Positions 9,418 through 19,310 are shown, counted from the first letter of the stretch. The stretch: DNA of 64,000 nt from an uncultured Enterobacterales bacterium (GCA_964615195.1 CAZTNG010000002.1:4524-68523); one strand, 5' to 3'. Notes: generated from the letters alone by a model not told the origin. Translations and numbers: made by a program.

Positions 9418-11004
9418 TTAATCTCCGCTTGTCACACGCATAATTTCTTCAATAGTTGTTTTACCAGATAAAACTTTAGATAAACCATCATCACGAATAG
9501 TTGGCGTATAAGGTCTAACTACCCTTTCTATTCCTACTTCTCCATCTTCTCCGTGTATAGCCAATCGTACATCATCGTTAACTTCAACCAACTCATGAAT
9601 ACCACATCTACCTTTATAACCAGTACCATTACATTCAGGACAACCGACGGCCTTATATATTACACAAGGTTCTTGTATACCCAATAATTCCATATCATGT
9701 GGTGTTGTTTGCACTGGAACTTTACAATGAGGACATAAAGTTCTTACCAAACGTTGTGCTAGTACAGCCAATAAAGATGTAGACAATAAAAAAGGTTCTA
9801 TGCCCATATCCTTTAAACGGGTAATTGCACCTACTGCAGTATTTGTATGCAATGTTGATAACACCAAGTGACCTGTTAATGAAGCTTGCACAGCAATCTC
9901 GGCAGTTTCATGATCTCGAATTTCACCTATCATTACTACATCAGGATCTTGACGAAGGATAGCTCTTAAAGCCCTGGCAAATGTCATATCTACTTTAGTA
10001 TTTACAGGAGTTTGTCCTATTCCTTCTAAATCATATTCAACAGGATCTTCCACCGTTAAGATGTTTCTATCTCTAGTATTTATACCTGATATTGCTGCAT
10101 ACAAAGTAGTACTTTTCCCCGAACCAGTAGGACCTGTAACTAATATAATGCCATGTGGCATGTGAATAAGCTTAACTATCTTTTCACAAATGCTTGGAGT
10201 CATACCCAATTCACTTAATTCTAAGTGAACACTATTTTTGTCAAGCAAACGCATTACGATGCGCTCACTATAACTTGTAGGTATAGTTGATACACGAACA
10301 TCAACTTGCTTTCCACCTACAGTCAAAGATATTCTTCCATCTTGCGGAATACGCTTTTCTGAAATATCAAGCTTAGCCATAACTTTTATTCTTGATATTA
10401 GATATGGAGTAAACTTTCTTTCCAAAACAATATTTTCATGCAAAACACCATCCACACGAAATCTAATAACTAACTTATTTTCATAAGGTTCAACATGGAT
10501 ATCTGAAGCTTCTTCTTTAACAGCTTGAGCCAACATGGCATTAATAAATCTTACCATTGGTGAATTTTCACTGTTATCTAATAAATCAGCTTTATTTAAA
10601 TCGTCAGTTAAACTTAAATCTTCAACGTCATCCCCCATATTACTTGCAATGCGCTGTGCTTCTGATGAATCGTGTTGGTAAATATCAGTTAATAATTTAT
10701 CAAAATCTTCTTCACTCAGTAATTTCGGAGAAAAAGATGTTTTGCACAAACGTTTAACCTCAAGCAATACCTCTAATGAAGGGGCAATCTTGTAACAAAG
10801 AAAAGGCTTAGAATTTTCAATCGTAATCACTACACCTTTATCTCTAGCAAAAGAGAAAGGTAATTTAATTCGCTTTTCTAGAGGCAAAATATCCTCAACT
10901 TTACTCATAGCCTGTTTTATAGGATCAACTTCTTTCTGTTCTTGTACAACAGACATTGCAATCTCTAAAGACGTTGAGTCTAATTCATCGTTGGTTCTAT
11001 CCAT
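9418..11004 (-). CDS. gspE: Type II secretion ATPase E
   Basis: Walker A GPTGSGKSTT, Asp/His boxes and a tetracysteine CPHC...CPEC motif. Operon position. Confidence 0.95.
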   Translation of the reverse strand: MDRTNDELDSTSLEIAMSVVQEQKEVDPIKQAMSKVEDILPLEKRIKLPFSFARDKGVVITIENSKPFLCYKIAPSLEVLLEVKRLCKTSFSPKLLSEEDFDKLLTDIYQHDSSEAQRIASNMGDDVEDLSLTDDLNKADLLDNSENSPMVRFINAMLAQAVKEEASDIHVEPYENKLVIRFRVDGVLHENIVLERKFTPYLISRIKVMAKLDISEKRIPQDGRISLTVGGKQVDVRVSTIPTSYSERIVMRLLDKNSVHLELSELGMTPSICEKIVKLIHMPHGIILVTGPTGSGKSTTLYAAISGINTRDRNILTVEDPVEYDLEGIGQTPVNTKVDMTFARALRAILRQDPDVVMIGEIRDHETAEIAVQASLTGHLVLSTLHTNTAVGAITRLKDMGIEPFLLSTSLLAVLAQRLVRTLCPHCKVPVQTTPHDMELLGIQEPCVIYKAVGCPECNGTGYKGRCGIHELVEVNDDVRLAIHGEDGEVGIERVVRPYTPTIRDDGLSKVLSGKTTIEEIMRVTSGD

Positions 11005-11018
11005 AAATATATCTACCT

Positions 11019-13028
11019 TTAGATGTTATTTCCATTAGCAGTGTTATTTTGATATACACCTACATCTTCTGCATATTCATTATTACTTACAATTTGTACT
11101 ACACCAGGGCAAATAACAATAGTTGAATCCAACTCAGGCAATACTGGTGTTGACAAATGCATTGGTAGCAAACGAATACCTCTTTTATGTCTTTCTAATT
11201 GCTCAGCTCTAAACATTGTGTATTTAGCACTAGAAATACCAGCATAAGCTTGATCATCACGCAAAATTATTGGCCTAATAAATACCATTAAATTACGTTT
11301 AGAATTTGAACTAGAAGTTTGCTTGAACAATTCACCAATAATTGGAATATCTCCTAGCAATGGAACCTTTGTAACAGTTTCAACTGTTTTTTCATCCATT
11401 AAACCGCCCAACACAACGGTTTCACCACTTTTAACTAATACTGAGTTTTTAATAGTTCTTACATTAAATGTTTCACCATTAGCATCATTTTTACTTGATG
11501 ATTCAACACTAGAAACCTCTTGCTCTAATGTTAACATAACACTATCACCTTCATTAATTTGAGGTGTAAATTTTAACTTTGTACCAACAGTTTTACGCTC
11601 AATTGTAGTATACATTTGACTAGAATCGGTTGAAGTTTGAGTACCTGTTTTTACAGGTACTTCTTGGCCAACATTAAATTCAGCTTCTTCATTATCTAAT
11701 GTAATTATACTTGGAGTAGAAAGCACATCATTGCGAGAATCTGCTCTCATCATAGTAAGCAAGCCAAACCAATTACCACTATAAAAACCTAGTCCTGCTC
11801 CACTTATACTCCCTGCTACATTCTGCAATGAAACATTCCCATCAGTCCCAAACATTTTTGAAACAGCTACTTGACCAGTTGCAGATTGAACAATACCACC
11901 GTGAGTGTTGCCCCACTGTATACCTAACTCAGCACTTGTCTCATCACTAATTTCAACAATTAAAGCTTCAACCAAAACTTGAGCTCTTCTAATATCCAAT
12001 TTTCTAATTATAGCTTCTACTTCCTTCAAATACCCCGGATCAGCGTTAACTATAATTGAATTTGTATCCTCGTTTGCGTATATATTAATTTTGTTAGCTG
12101 TATTTGACCCATTAGATGCTTGACCTTCAGTTCCTGTAAGAGACTTACTTACTCCTGTTAAGGTTTCTAGCACATTTGCAGCTTTTGCATAGCGCAAATA
12201 AAACACCTTAGTATTTCCTGTTGACTCTTGCTCTAAATCAAGTTTGTTAATAATTTTTATTACTCTTTCTCTAGCTCTTGGTTCTCCTGATACCACAACA
12301 GAATTAGTTCTTTCATCTGCCACAATCTTTGGAGTTAGCAACGCAGAAGTAGATGAACTTGATTTATCATCCTTAATAATTGACATCACAACCCTAACAA
12401 CTTCCGCTGCTGAAGCGTGTTCAAGCTTTACAATTTCAACTTCCTGATTACCTGCTTTATCAACTCTATTAACTATTTCAACAAGCCTGTTAACTACCTG
12501 AGCTCTACCTGTAATAAGCAAAACATTTGATGGCTCATAATGCACGACGTTTCCAGAACCTTGATTATCTATTAATCCTCTTAATAATGGAGCTAATTCA
12601 CGAACACTAACATTGCGTACTGGGACAACTCGAGTAATCATCTCATCGCCATAACCTTCTTGATCAGTAACCGGTACACCAGCAGTTTTTGCAACAGCAG
12701 ATCTAACAATCTTGTAGACATTATTATTTGTAGGAACTACAGCATAACCATAAACTTCTAAAACACTTAGAAAGAATTGGTAATATTGTTCTTCATTTAG
12801 TAAATCATAGCTTCGCACATTAATTTTGCCCTTTACTGATGGATCTACTATAAAATTTTTATTTAAATTTTTACCTACAGTGCTGATAAATTCATTAATA
12901 TCAGTACCTTTAAAACTTGCAGAAAATTCTGCTGCTTCAGTCGTTACACTTGCACATACAGTCAAAAATGTAAGGGCAATAGTAAAACACGCATTCGTAA
13001 AAAATAATTTATTATTCATAGATACCAC
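11019..13028 (-). CDS. gspD: Type II secretion secretin D
   Basis: Signal peptide, N0-N3 domains, and secretin C-domain with VPLLGDIPIIGELFK. The track start at 13028 is GTG. An in-frame ATG at 13019 is an alternative. Confidence 0.95.
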   Translation of the reverse strand: MVSMNNKLFFTNACFTIALTFLTVCASVTTEAAEFSASFKGTDINEFISTVGKNLNKNFIVDPSVKGKINVRSYDLLNEEQYYQFFLSVLEVYGYAVVPTNNNVYKIVRSAVAKTAGVPVTDQEGYGDEMITRVVPVRNVSVRELAPLLRGLIDNQGSGNVVHYEPSNVLLITGRAQVVNRLVEIVNRVDKAGNQEVEIVKLEHASAAEVVRVVMSIIKDDKSSSSTSALLTPKIVADERTNSVVVSGEPRARERVIKIINKLDLEQESTGNTKVFYLRYAKAANVLETLTGVSKSLTGTEGQASNGSNTANKINIYANEDTNSIIVNADPGYLKEVEAIIRKLDIRRAQVLVEALIVEISDETSAELGIQWGNTHGGIVQSATGQVAVSKMFGTDGNVSLQNVAGSISGAGLGFYSGNWFGLLTMMRADSRNDVLSTPSIITLDNEEAEFNVGQEVPVKTGTQTSTDSSQMYTTIERKTVGTKLKFTPQINEGDSVMLTLEQEVSSVESSSKNDANGETFNVRTIKNSVLVKSGETVVLGGLMDEKTVETVTKVPLLGDIPIIGELFKQTSSSNSKRNLMVFIRPIILRDDQAYAGISSAKYTMFRAEQLERHKRGIRLLPMHLSTPVLPELDSTIVICPGVVQIVSNNEYAEDVGVYQNNTANGNNI

Positions 13029-13991
13029 TTACTTTAAATCAAGACTAATTGTTTCGCGAGATCCATTACGATCTACTACTAATGTAATTTCGGTCATATT
13101 TTGCAATTCCCCCATGGCTTGCATAGCCTGAGCATTGTCTGTGAGATCATAACCATTAATCTCTACAGCTATATCACCCTCTTTTAAACCTGCATTTATA
13201 AATAAACGCCTATCATTTCCTGGATTAAGCTCATAACCAATTGTTTTACCAGAATTCATTGCTGGCTTTATGCTTAAATAGTTAAACAAACTACCAGGAT
13301 TACTTAATAATTCAGTACGTACCTGTTTCATTTCTTCTTTTACAGGTTTGTTATCATTAGTATTACTTTTCAATTCAGCTCTAGCAATCTGGGTTTCATC
13401 TTCGCCAGGAAGCATAACAACCTCTGCTACACCATTGTTGTTAATTATTACTCTATCTGGTAAAATTTTTGTGATAGTAGCATTCGTTTTAGCTACTTTA
13501 TCACCTATACCATAAACATCTTCTGAATTTTCATAAATCATAACAACAGAACCTAAGCCAATTTGCGTACTTGCTGAAATTCCAGTAATTTTTATATTTA
13601 ATTTTGTTTTAGCAATAGTTCCTTGCTTATTATTTTCTTTAGGTTTTTTTATTTCACTAGGAGGTATTTCAACACCGAATAAACTGTAAGATTTCACTAT
13701 ACTTCCTTGTTTAGGAGCTCTTATTATCTTTAATTCTGACTGTGTTAATCCTGCCAATATTGGATTTTTAAAAGGAATTCTATTCCAAAAAAATGAAGCA
13801 GATTGATAACATAGAATAAATCCAAGAATATAGAACAGATAATTTGAAATCTTAGTATAATATCTACCACGAGCAATTTCTGGTTGTTCAACTATTTTTC
13901 TTTCGACCGTTGTAGACCCATAGCTTTTGCCTTTGAAAAGCTTACCAAGCTTCTCACGCAAAATAAATAAATTAAAATTTAATGATGACAT
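13029..13991 (-). CDS. gspC: Type II secretion protein C (HR domain plus C-terminal PDZ)
   Basis: First gene of the operon. One TM (YLFYILGFILCY). C-terminal PDZ-like segment GLKEGDIAVEINGYDL. Confidence 0.8.
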   Translation of the reverse strand: MSSLNFNLFILREKLGKLFKGKSYGSTTVERKIVEQPEIARGRYYTKISNYLFYILGFILCYQSASFFWNRIPFKNPILAGLTQSELKIIRAPKQGSIVKSYSLFGVEIPPSEIKKPKENNKQGTIAKTKLNIKITGISASTQIGLGSVVMIYENSEDVYGIGDKVAKTNATITKILPDRVIINNNGVAEVVMLPGEDETQIARAELKSNTNDNKPVKEEMKQVRTELLSNPGSLFNYLSIKPAMNSGKTIGYELNPGNDRRLFINAGLKEGDIAVEINGYDLTDNAQAMQAMGELQNMTEITLVVDRNGSRETISLDLK

Positions 13992-14114
13992 AGTCTATTA
14001 TTCCGGGAGAAAAAGATAAAATGTTAAAAACTTGTTTAATTTTGCAATAAAAACGGTGCATATAGCAATAAATATTTTATAATTTTTGAAATGGATACAT
14101 AAAATTAGACGATT

Positions 14115-14507
14115 ATGAGTGAAAAACATGAAGAAGTTAGAATTGATAAATGGCTATGGGCCGCAAGATTCTACAAAACTCGAGCAATAGCTAGAGATAT
14201 GATTGAAGGTGGAAAAGTACAATATAACAATTGTAGAATAAAACCATGTAAAATAATAGAAATTGGAGCTAAAATTTCACTGTGGCAGGGTTTTCATAAG
14301 ATAGACATTGAAGTTGTTGCTATTTCAGATCAAAGAAAACAATCTGCATTTGCTCAACTTTTATACAAGGAAACTGAAGAAAGCGTGGTTAGAAGAAATA
14401 CTCAAGATTCAGAATATAAAATGAACCTATTATATGCCCCACATCCAACTCAAAAACCAAATAAGAAACAAAGAAGAAATCTACTCGAATTAAAGCATAA
14501 CTATTAA
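14115..14507 (+). CDS. hslR: Ribosome-associated heat shock protein Hsp15
   Basis: VRIDKWLWAARFYKTRAIARDMIEGGKV is near-identical to the E. coli HslR S4-like domain. Followed by hslO. Confidence 0.88.
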   Translation: MSEKHEEVRIDKWLWAARFYKTRAIARDMIEGGKVQYNNCRIKPCKIIEIGAKISLWQGFHKIDIEVVAISDQRKQSAFAQLLYKETEESVVRRNTQDSEYKMNLLYAPHPTQKPNKKQRRNLLELKHNY

Positions 14508-14520
14508 AGGATGTATACTC

Positions 14521-15414
14521 ATGGATAATCAAATAATACAAGACACAAACAGTAGCTACGATACTATTCAGCGATTTGTTTTTAATGAATACGCTATTCG
14601 AGGAGAAATAATTCAATTACACAAATCATATGAAGATCTTTTAGCCAACCATAAATATCCTTTATGCATAAAAAATCTACTTGGAGAGATGCAAGCTGCT
14701 ATATGCCTTATAACGGCTACTCTTAAATTTAAAGGAAGCATAATGCTTCAAATTAGGACGAAAGGCCAATTAAAATATGCAATTGTTAATAGCAATGAAA
14801 AAAATGAAACTAGAGGTCTAGCTTCATTTGAAGGGGAGATTGAGGATGAAAGAACCTTTGAAAAATTAGTTGGTAACGATGGCATTATGTCGATTACCGT
14901 TATACCTGATATTGGACAACAATATCAAGGAATTATTGCTTTGGACAAGCCTTCAATAATTGAATGTTTAGAAAATTATTACAAACAATCAATGCAGATT
15001 GATACTAGAATCTTGTTATTTAGCGCATGTGAATATAAATTAGCAGCAGGAATATTGCTTCAAGTATTGCCATCTAATGACTTATCCAAACAAATTGAAG
15101 ATTTTAACCATATATGTACACTTGCAAATACGATTACAGCTGCAGAAATTATGACATTAAAAACACAAGATGTTATATACAGATTATTTAATCAAGAATC
15201 AGTAAATGTTTTTCCTTGTGAACAAGTATGCTTTAAATGCGTTTGTTCACAAAAACATTTCTCTGAAATGCTAACACATTTGAATACTGATGAACTTTTA
15301 AAAATAATAAACGAAGATGGAAAAGTTACAACAGAGTGTCATTATTGTGGGAAAAAATACGACTTTTCAAGCGAGCAAATTTTGCAAATAATTAAGAATA
15401 AAAATCATAATTAA
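14521..15414 (+). CDS. hslO: Redox-regulated chaperone Hsp33
   Basis: Size, position after hslR, and the C-terminal zinc centre CFKCVC...CHYCGKKY (CxC...CxxC). Confidence 0.9.
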   Translation: MDNQIIQDTNSSYDTIQRFVFNEYAIRGEIIQLHKSYEDLLANHKYPLCIKNLLGEMQAAICLITATLKFKGSIMLQIRTKGQLKYAIVNSNEKNETRGLASFEGEIEDERTFEKLVGNDGIMSITVIPDIGQQYQGIIALDKPSIIECLENYYKQSMQIDTRILLFSACEYKLAAGILLQVLPSNDLSKQIEDFNHICTLANTITAAEIMTLKTQDVIYRLFNQESVNVFPCEQVCFKCVCSQKHFSEMLTHLNTDELLKIINEDGKVTTECHYCGKKYDFSSEQILQIIKNKNHN

Positions 15415-15469
15415 ACAATTTTATAAATTAAAATTTACTGAATAAAATTTACAAATATATATGCAAAAA

Positions 15470-15494
15470 GCTCCTCATAATATACATGAGGAGC
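15470..15494. terminator. Bidirectional rho-independent terminator between the convergent genes hslO and amtB
   Basis: GCTCCTCAT-aatatac-ATGAGGAGC forms a 9-bp stem. It is flanked by an A-run upstream (AAAAA) and a short T-rich stretch (ATTTAT) downstream. Confidence 0.6.
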
Positions 15495-15522
15495 ATTTAT
15501 ATTCTATATCTTACTCATTTTT

Positions 15523-16911
15523 CTAAAGTAGATTATAGGCTCTTTCACCATGACTTGTTAAATCTAAGCCCTCTCTCTCTTCATCAACAGGAACTCTAAC
15601 CCCACCAAAAATCTTGTCAGCTAGATAGAATGCTACTATTGAAACAACACCACACCAAACAATGGTTATTAATACTGAAACTAATTGACCTAAAAACTGC
15701 CCAGAAATTGATTCCCAGCCTTCTTTAAATCCTGTTCCACCCAAAGAAGGGGCACAAAATACACCAGTAAGGAGAGCTCCAATAATACCACCAACACCAT
15801 GAACACCAAATACGTCAAGAGCATCATCAACCTTTAACAACTTCTTGAGGCCATGAATTCCCCATAAACATACAAATCCTGCAACTAAACCTATCAATAA
15901 AGCTCCACCAACACTCACAAAAGCACAAGCAGGTGTAATAGCAACTAACCCAGCCACAGCGCCTGAACATGCACCTAATAATGATGGTTTACCTAATAAA
16001 ACCCATTCTGCAAATAGCCATGCTAAAGCAGCTGCTGCAGGAGCAATGCAGGTATTTGCGAAAGCTAAAGCAGCTACACCATCTGCAGATAATTCAGACC
16101 CAGCATTAAAGCCAAACCAACCTACCCATAATAATGATGCACCTATCATGGTCATAACTAAGTTATGCGGAGCCATTATCTCTTTACCATAACCCACACG
16201 TTTTCCACAGTAGAATGCTCCAACTAACGCACAGATAGCCGCGTTAATATGCACAACAGTACCACCAGCAAAATCCCATGCATGCCATGCGCTATCAACA
16301 TATCCACCGCCCCAAACCATATGACACAACGGAAGATAAGATAATGTAAACCACACAACAATTATGAACAACAATGCACTAAAGCGTATTCTTTCAGCAA
16401 ACGAACCAATTATTAAACATGCTGTAATGCCTGCAAATGCACCTTGAAATGAGAAAAATGTTAAATCAGAAAGAGAACCATTCACATCACTTGGTCCAAC
16501 ATTTAACATCAAAAACTTATCCAAATTTCCTATAAACATATTCAATGTATCAGATTCATTACTTCCAAATGCAAGTGTATAGCCATATATAGCCCACAAA
16601 ACGTACATTAATGAAAATATAATCAAAGCCTGCACTAATACAGAAAGCATATTTTTAGCACGAACAAGACCACCATAAAATAATGCTATACCAGGAATAG
16701 ACATCAATATTACTAAGGCCGTACAAATCATAATAAATCCATTATCAGATGTATCCGCTTCTGTAGGTGTTATAACACCTGTTCCATCATCCACAACTGT
16801 TGCTGATATTTCGCTACCACCTTCTGGCATTGATACAACTTCTTCACACCAGGATGGAGCAGAGAAACAAAGCGATGCAACAATAAATAGTAAAGCAAAT
16901 GCATGTTTCAT
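15523..16911 (-). CDS. amtB: Ammonium transporter AmtB with signal peptide
   Basis: Amt family signatures DFAGGTVVHINAA and DVFGVHGVGGIIGALLTG (twin His), and about 11 TM segments. Confidence 0.95.
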   Translation of the reverse strand: MKHAFALLFIVASLCFSAPSWCEEVVSMPEGGSEISATVVDDGTGVITPTEADTSDNGFIMICTALVILMSIPGIALFYGGLVRAKNMLSVLVQALIIFSLMYVLWAIYGYTLAFGSNESDTLNMFIGNLDKFLMLNVGPSDVNGSLSDLTFFSFQGAFAGITACLIIGSFAERIRFSALLFIIVVWFTLSYLPLCHMVWGGGYVDSAWHAWDFAGGTVVHINAAICALVGAFYCGKRVGYGKEIMAPHNLVMTMIGASLLWVGWFGFNAGSELSADGVAALAFANTCIAPAAAALAWLFAEWVLLGKPSLLGACSGAVAGLVAITPACAFVSVGGALLIGLVAGFVCLWGIHGLKKLLKVDDALDVFGVHGVGGIIGALLTGVFCAPSLGGTGFKEGWESISGQFLGQLVSVLITIVWCGVVSIVAFYLADKIFGGVRVPVDEEREGLDLTSHGERAYNLL

Positions 16912-16968
16912 ATTTATCTCCTAAATATAATAAATAAATTTTAATTAAATAATTCCCATGTATATTAT

Positions 16969-16984
16969 TGCAACAAACAAGCCA
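16969..16984 (-). promoter_or_regulatory. Sigma-54 (-24/-12) promoter for amtB
   Basis: The minus strand reads TGGCTTG-TTTG-TTGCA. This matches TGGCACG-N4-TTGCA with exact GG/GC spacing. It lies about 58-73 nt upstream of the amtB ATG. Confidence 0.55.
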
Positions 16985-17126
16985 AGTGTTATCTTTGGTA
17001 AATTGTTACAAAATAACTTATTTTTACTATAAAATAGGGCAACTAAGATGCACTTTATTTGATCACAATACTATTTTAGTGCACTTATTTTGCTTGGTAA
17101 TCAGAAAATAATCGGCGAGGACAAAG

Positions 17127-17906
17127 TTGAAACTATCAACAGAACACTTCGGTGTTGAAAATGAAGTAATTATATATATGATTCATGGTTGGGGATTATG
17201 TAGCAAAGTATTCTATTCAATTGTTCCAATACTATCTAAAGAATACCACATAGCATTAATTGATCTTCCAGGATATGGATTAAATAACAAAATACCAGCA
17301 AACAGATGCGATGGTATTATTGAAAGTTTAGAACAAACAATCGTAGATAATTCTGTTATATTTGGGTGGTCTTTGGGTGGTATACTCGCTTTAAAATATA
17401 CAATATTACATAAATCCAATGTTAGAGGGCTAATAACTTGTAGTTCTTCTCCCCGCTTTACATCAGATATCAATACCAATTGGCCGGGTACGGACTCAAA
17501 AATACTACAAAAGTTTAGCAAAATTTTAACGGCTGATAACTGCCAAACCGTTATCAATAAATTTCTATCATTGCAAGCTATGGGTTCTAACTCAATGAAA
17601 CAAGACATTAGAATGTTAAAACAATTTCTAAATAAAGCTGAATCTCCAAGTTATTATGAACTCCAATCAGGGTTAAAAACATTACTAGATGAGGATTTAA
17701 GAAATTACACAAGTCGGATCGAATGTCCTTCACTTCATTTATATGGTTTAAATGATCGTTTAACTCCTGCGTCAACTGCGAATATTTGGCCTAATAAAAA
17801 CAATACCAAATGCCATATTTTTACTCAAAGCTCACATGCACCATTTATATCTGAACCATCAGAATTTTCAAAAGTTATACTAGATTTTATGCACAAATAT
17901 TATTAA
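17127..17906 (+). CDS. bioH: Pimeloyl-ACP methyl ester carboxylesterase BioH (alpha/beta hydrolase)
   Basis: HGWGL, nucleophile elbow GWSLGG and SSHAPFISEP align along E. coli BioH. TTG start as in the track. Confidence 0.8.
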   Translation: MKLSTEHFGVENEVIIYMIHGWGLCSKVFYSIVPILSKEYHIALIDLPGYGLNNKIPANRCDGIIESLEQTIVDNSVIFGWSLGGILALKYTILHKSNVRGLITCSSSPRFTSDINTNWPGTDSKILQKFSKILTADNCQTVINKFLSLQAMGSNSMKQDIRMLKQFLNKAESPSYYELQSGLKTLLDEDLRNYTSRIECPSLHLYGLNDRLTPASTANIWPNKNNTKCHIFTQSSHAPFISEPSEFSKVILDFMHKYY

Positions 17907-17965
17907 CAAACTTATTAAAGTTTGATTAAATATTGTACAATATAAGTATAAACTAAGGATAATTT

Positions 17966-18175
17966 ATGGAAAACAATTTATGTTTAGGATTGAAGTGTAT
18001 TTCACAAGGCATTGAAATACAAAATAGAGCTTCCGCAAAAATTAACAGTTCGAATACTAATTTAGCAGAAAGCTGTACTGAACTTAAAAAAAGTGAAATT
18101 CTTACGAAAGCAGGATGTAAAATAGTTGAAGAAGAAAAAGAGAATACCAACAAATTAATTAACATAATGGTCTAG
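17966..18175 (+). CDS. Hypothetical small protein (69 aa, 4 Cys); no family recognised
   Basis: ATG with AAGGA 6 nt upstream. Abuts the next ORF with an 8-nt gap. No motif I recognise. Confidence 0.4.
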   Translation: MENNLCLGLKCISQGIEIQNRASAKINSSNTNLAESCTELKKSEILTKAGCKIVEEEKENTNKLINIMV

Positions 18176-18183
18176 GAGGAAGT

Positions 18184-18705
18184 ATGCTTGATTACAGTGC
18201 ATTCACACCTCAATCATCTAAATACAACCGTTCTAATGAAATTCTTAGAAAAAACGGAATTGAGCCCATTTTGCGAAAAGGAGAAACAGACTCAGACTTA
18301 TCAAATACAAATGACGGAAAAGAAGCAAATGTAAATAAAACTTTTAGTGAAACATCATCGCACAACAATGATGAAGTTAACAGTTATTTACAAAAAATAG
18401 AGAAAAATAATACATATTCGAATTCATCAAGTTGTAGCATATCCGAAGATTGTGATGGCACTCAGCATTTAAATGTTGGACACATTTCAATAACAATTAA
18501 CCAAGAAACTTCACATGCAAGTGATAATTCAATAACCTTAAAATCTAATAACGAAAGTCCTATTTTAGATAGTAATTCTTTAGAAAACACGGTAAAACAA
18601 ACTACTATGTCTCCCCAAAATACAATTTCAGAAACAATATCTAAACGATACAATACTTCCTGGGTAGGTACTCGACTAGGGACCAGCGTCAACTTGTACA
18701 ATTAA
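18184..18705 (+). CDS. Hypothetical Ser/Asn/Thr-rich protein (173 aa); no TM or signal peptide; no family recognised
   Basis: ATG preceded by a strong AGGAGG 4 nt upstream. Its stop overlaps the greB stop by 4 nt (convergent). Confidence 0.55.
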   Translation: MLDYSAFTPQSSKYNRSNEILRKNGIEPILRKGETDSDLSNTNDGKEANVNKTFSETSSHNNDEVNSYLQKIEKNNTYSNSSSCSISEDCDGTQHLNVGHISITINQETSHASDNSITLKSNNESPILDSNSLENTVKQTTMSPQNTISETISKRYNTSWVGTRLGTSVNLYN

Positions 18706-19310
18706 TTATCATGAAGATTTGACAAATATTCATTTCTAATTTTTTTTAAATCCTCATCACTAAGAATTTCAATTTTTCTATCCTGACTTTCAAATTTAAA
18801 CTGAGGTTCACCAACTTCACCGTACCATGATTCTAATTGATATGAAATCTTATTAATATACCAAGTGGTGTTTCCTTTAGGAGTTTGAATTACCGCTTCG
18901 TCATCTAATGTCTTATTAAGTAATCCTTTTGCCATCGGTGATTCTACAGATATAAAACCATTTCTCCCATATGTTTCTGGATACCCAACAATACGTACGT
19001 GTTTTATAACGCCGGCATCATTTTCTATTTCAACATAAGCCCCAAAATAAACCTTGTTGTTTTTTTTACCTTCAATACTACGATCCAAAACCTTTGCATT
19101 CTGTAGAGTATCAGAAATTTGCTTAACTCTTACATCAATAGATCTCAATAATCTTTTGTTATATTGGTAATCAGCATTTTCGCTACGATCGCCTAAAGAT
19201 GCAGCCCATGAAAGTTTTTGTGTGACATCGGGACGTAACTTGTTCCATATATAGTCAAATTCATGTTTAATCAACAATATTCCATCAGCAGTGACATATG
19301 ATGTAGACAT
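18702..19310 (-). CDS. greB: Transcript cleavage factor GreB with a C-terminal extension
   Basis: WAASLGDRSENADYQYNK (catalytic D41/E44) and FGAYVEIEND...VRIVGY match E. coli GreB. 202 aa versus 158 aa in E. coli. Confidence 0.85.
   Translation of the reverse strand: MSTSYVTADGILLIKHEFDYIWNKLRPDVTQKLSWAASLGDRSENADYQYNKRLLRSIDVRVKQISDTLQNAKVLDRSIEGKKNNKVYFGAYVEIENDAGVIKHVRIVGYPETYGRNGFISVESPMAKGLLNKTLDDEAVIQTPKGNTTWYINKISYQLESWYGEVGEPQFKFESQDRKIEILSDEDLKKIRNEYLSNLHDN

Noticed and set aside
14389-14616. A 75-aa minus-strand ORF spanning the hslR/hslO junction.
   Set aside because: It is antisense to two well-supported genes, with a hydrophobic/aromatic off-frame composition and no RBS.
17040-17100. 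NtrC enhancer sites upstream of the amtB sigma-54 promoter.
   Set aside because: Only TGCAC half-elements are present. Neither forms a convincing TGCACC-N5-GGTGCA dyad, so I mention them in the amtB finding but do not annotate them as features.
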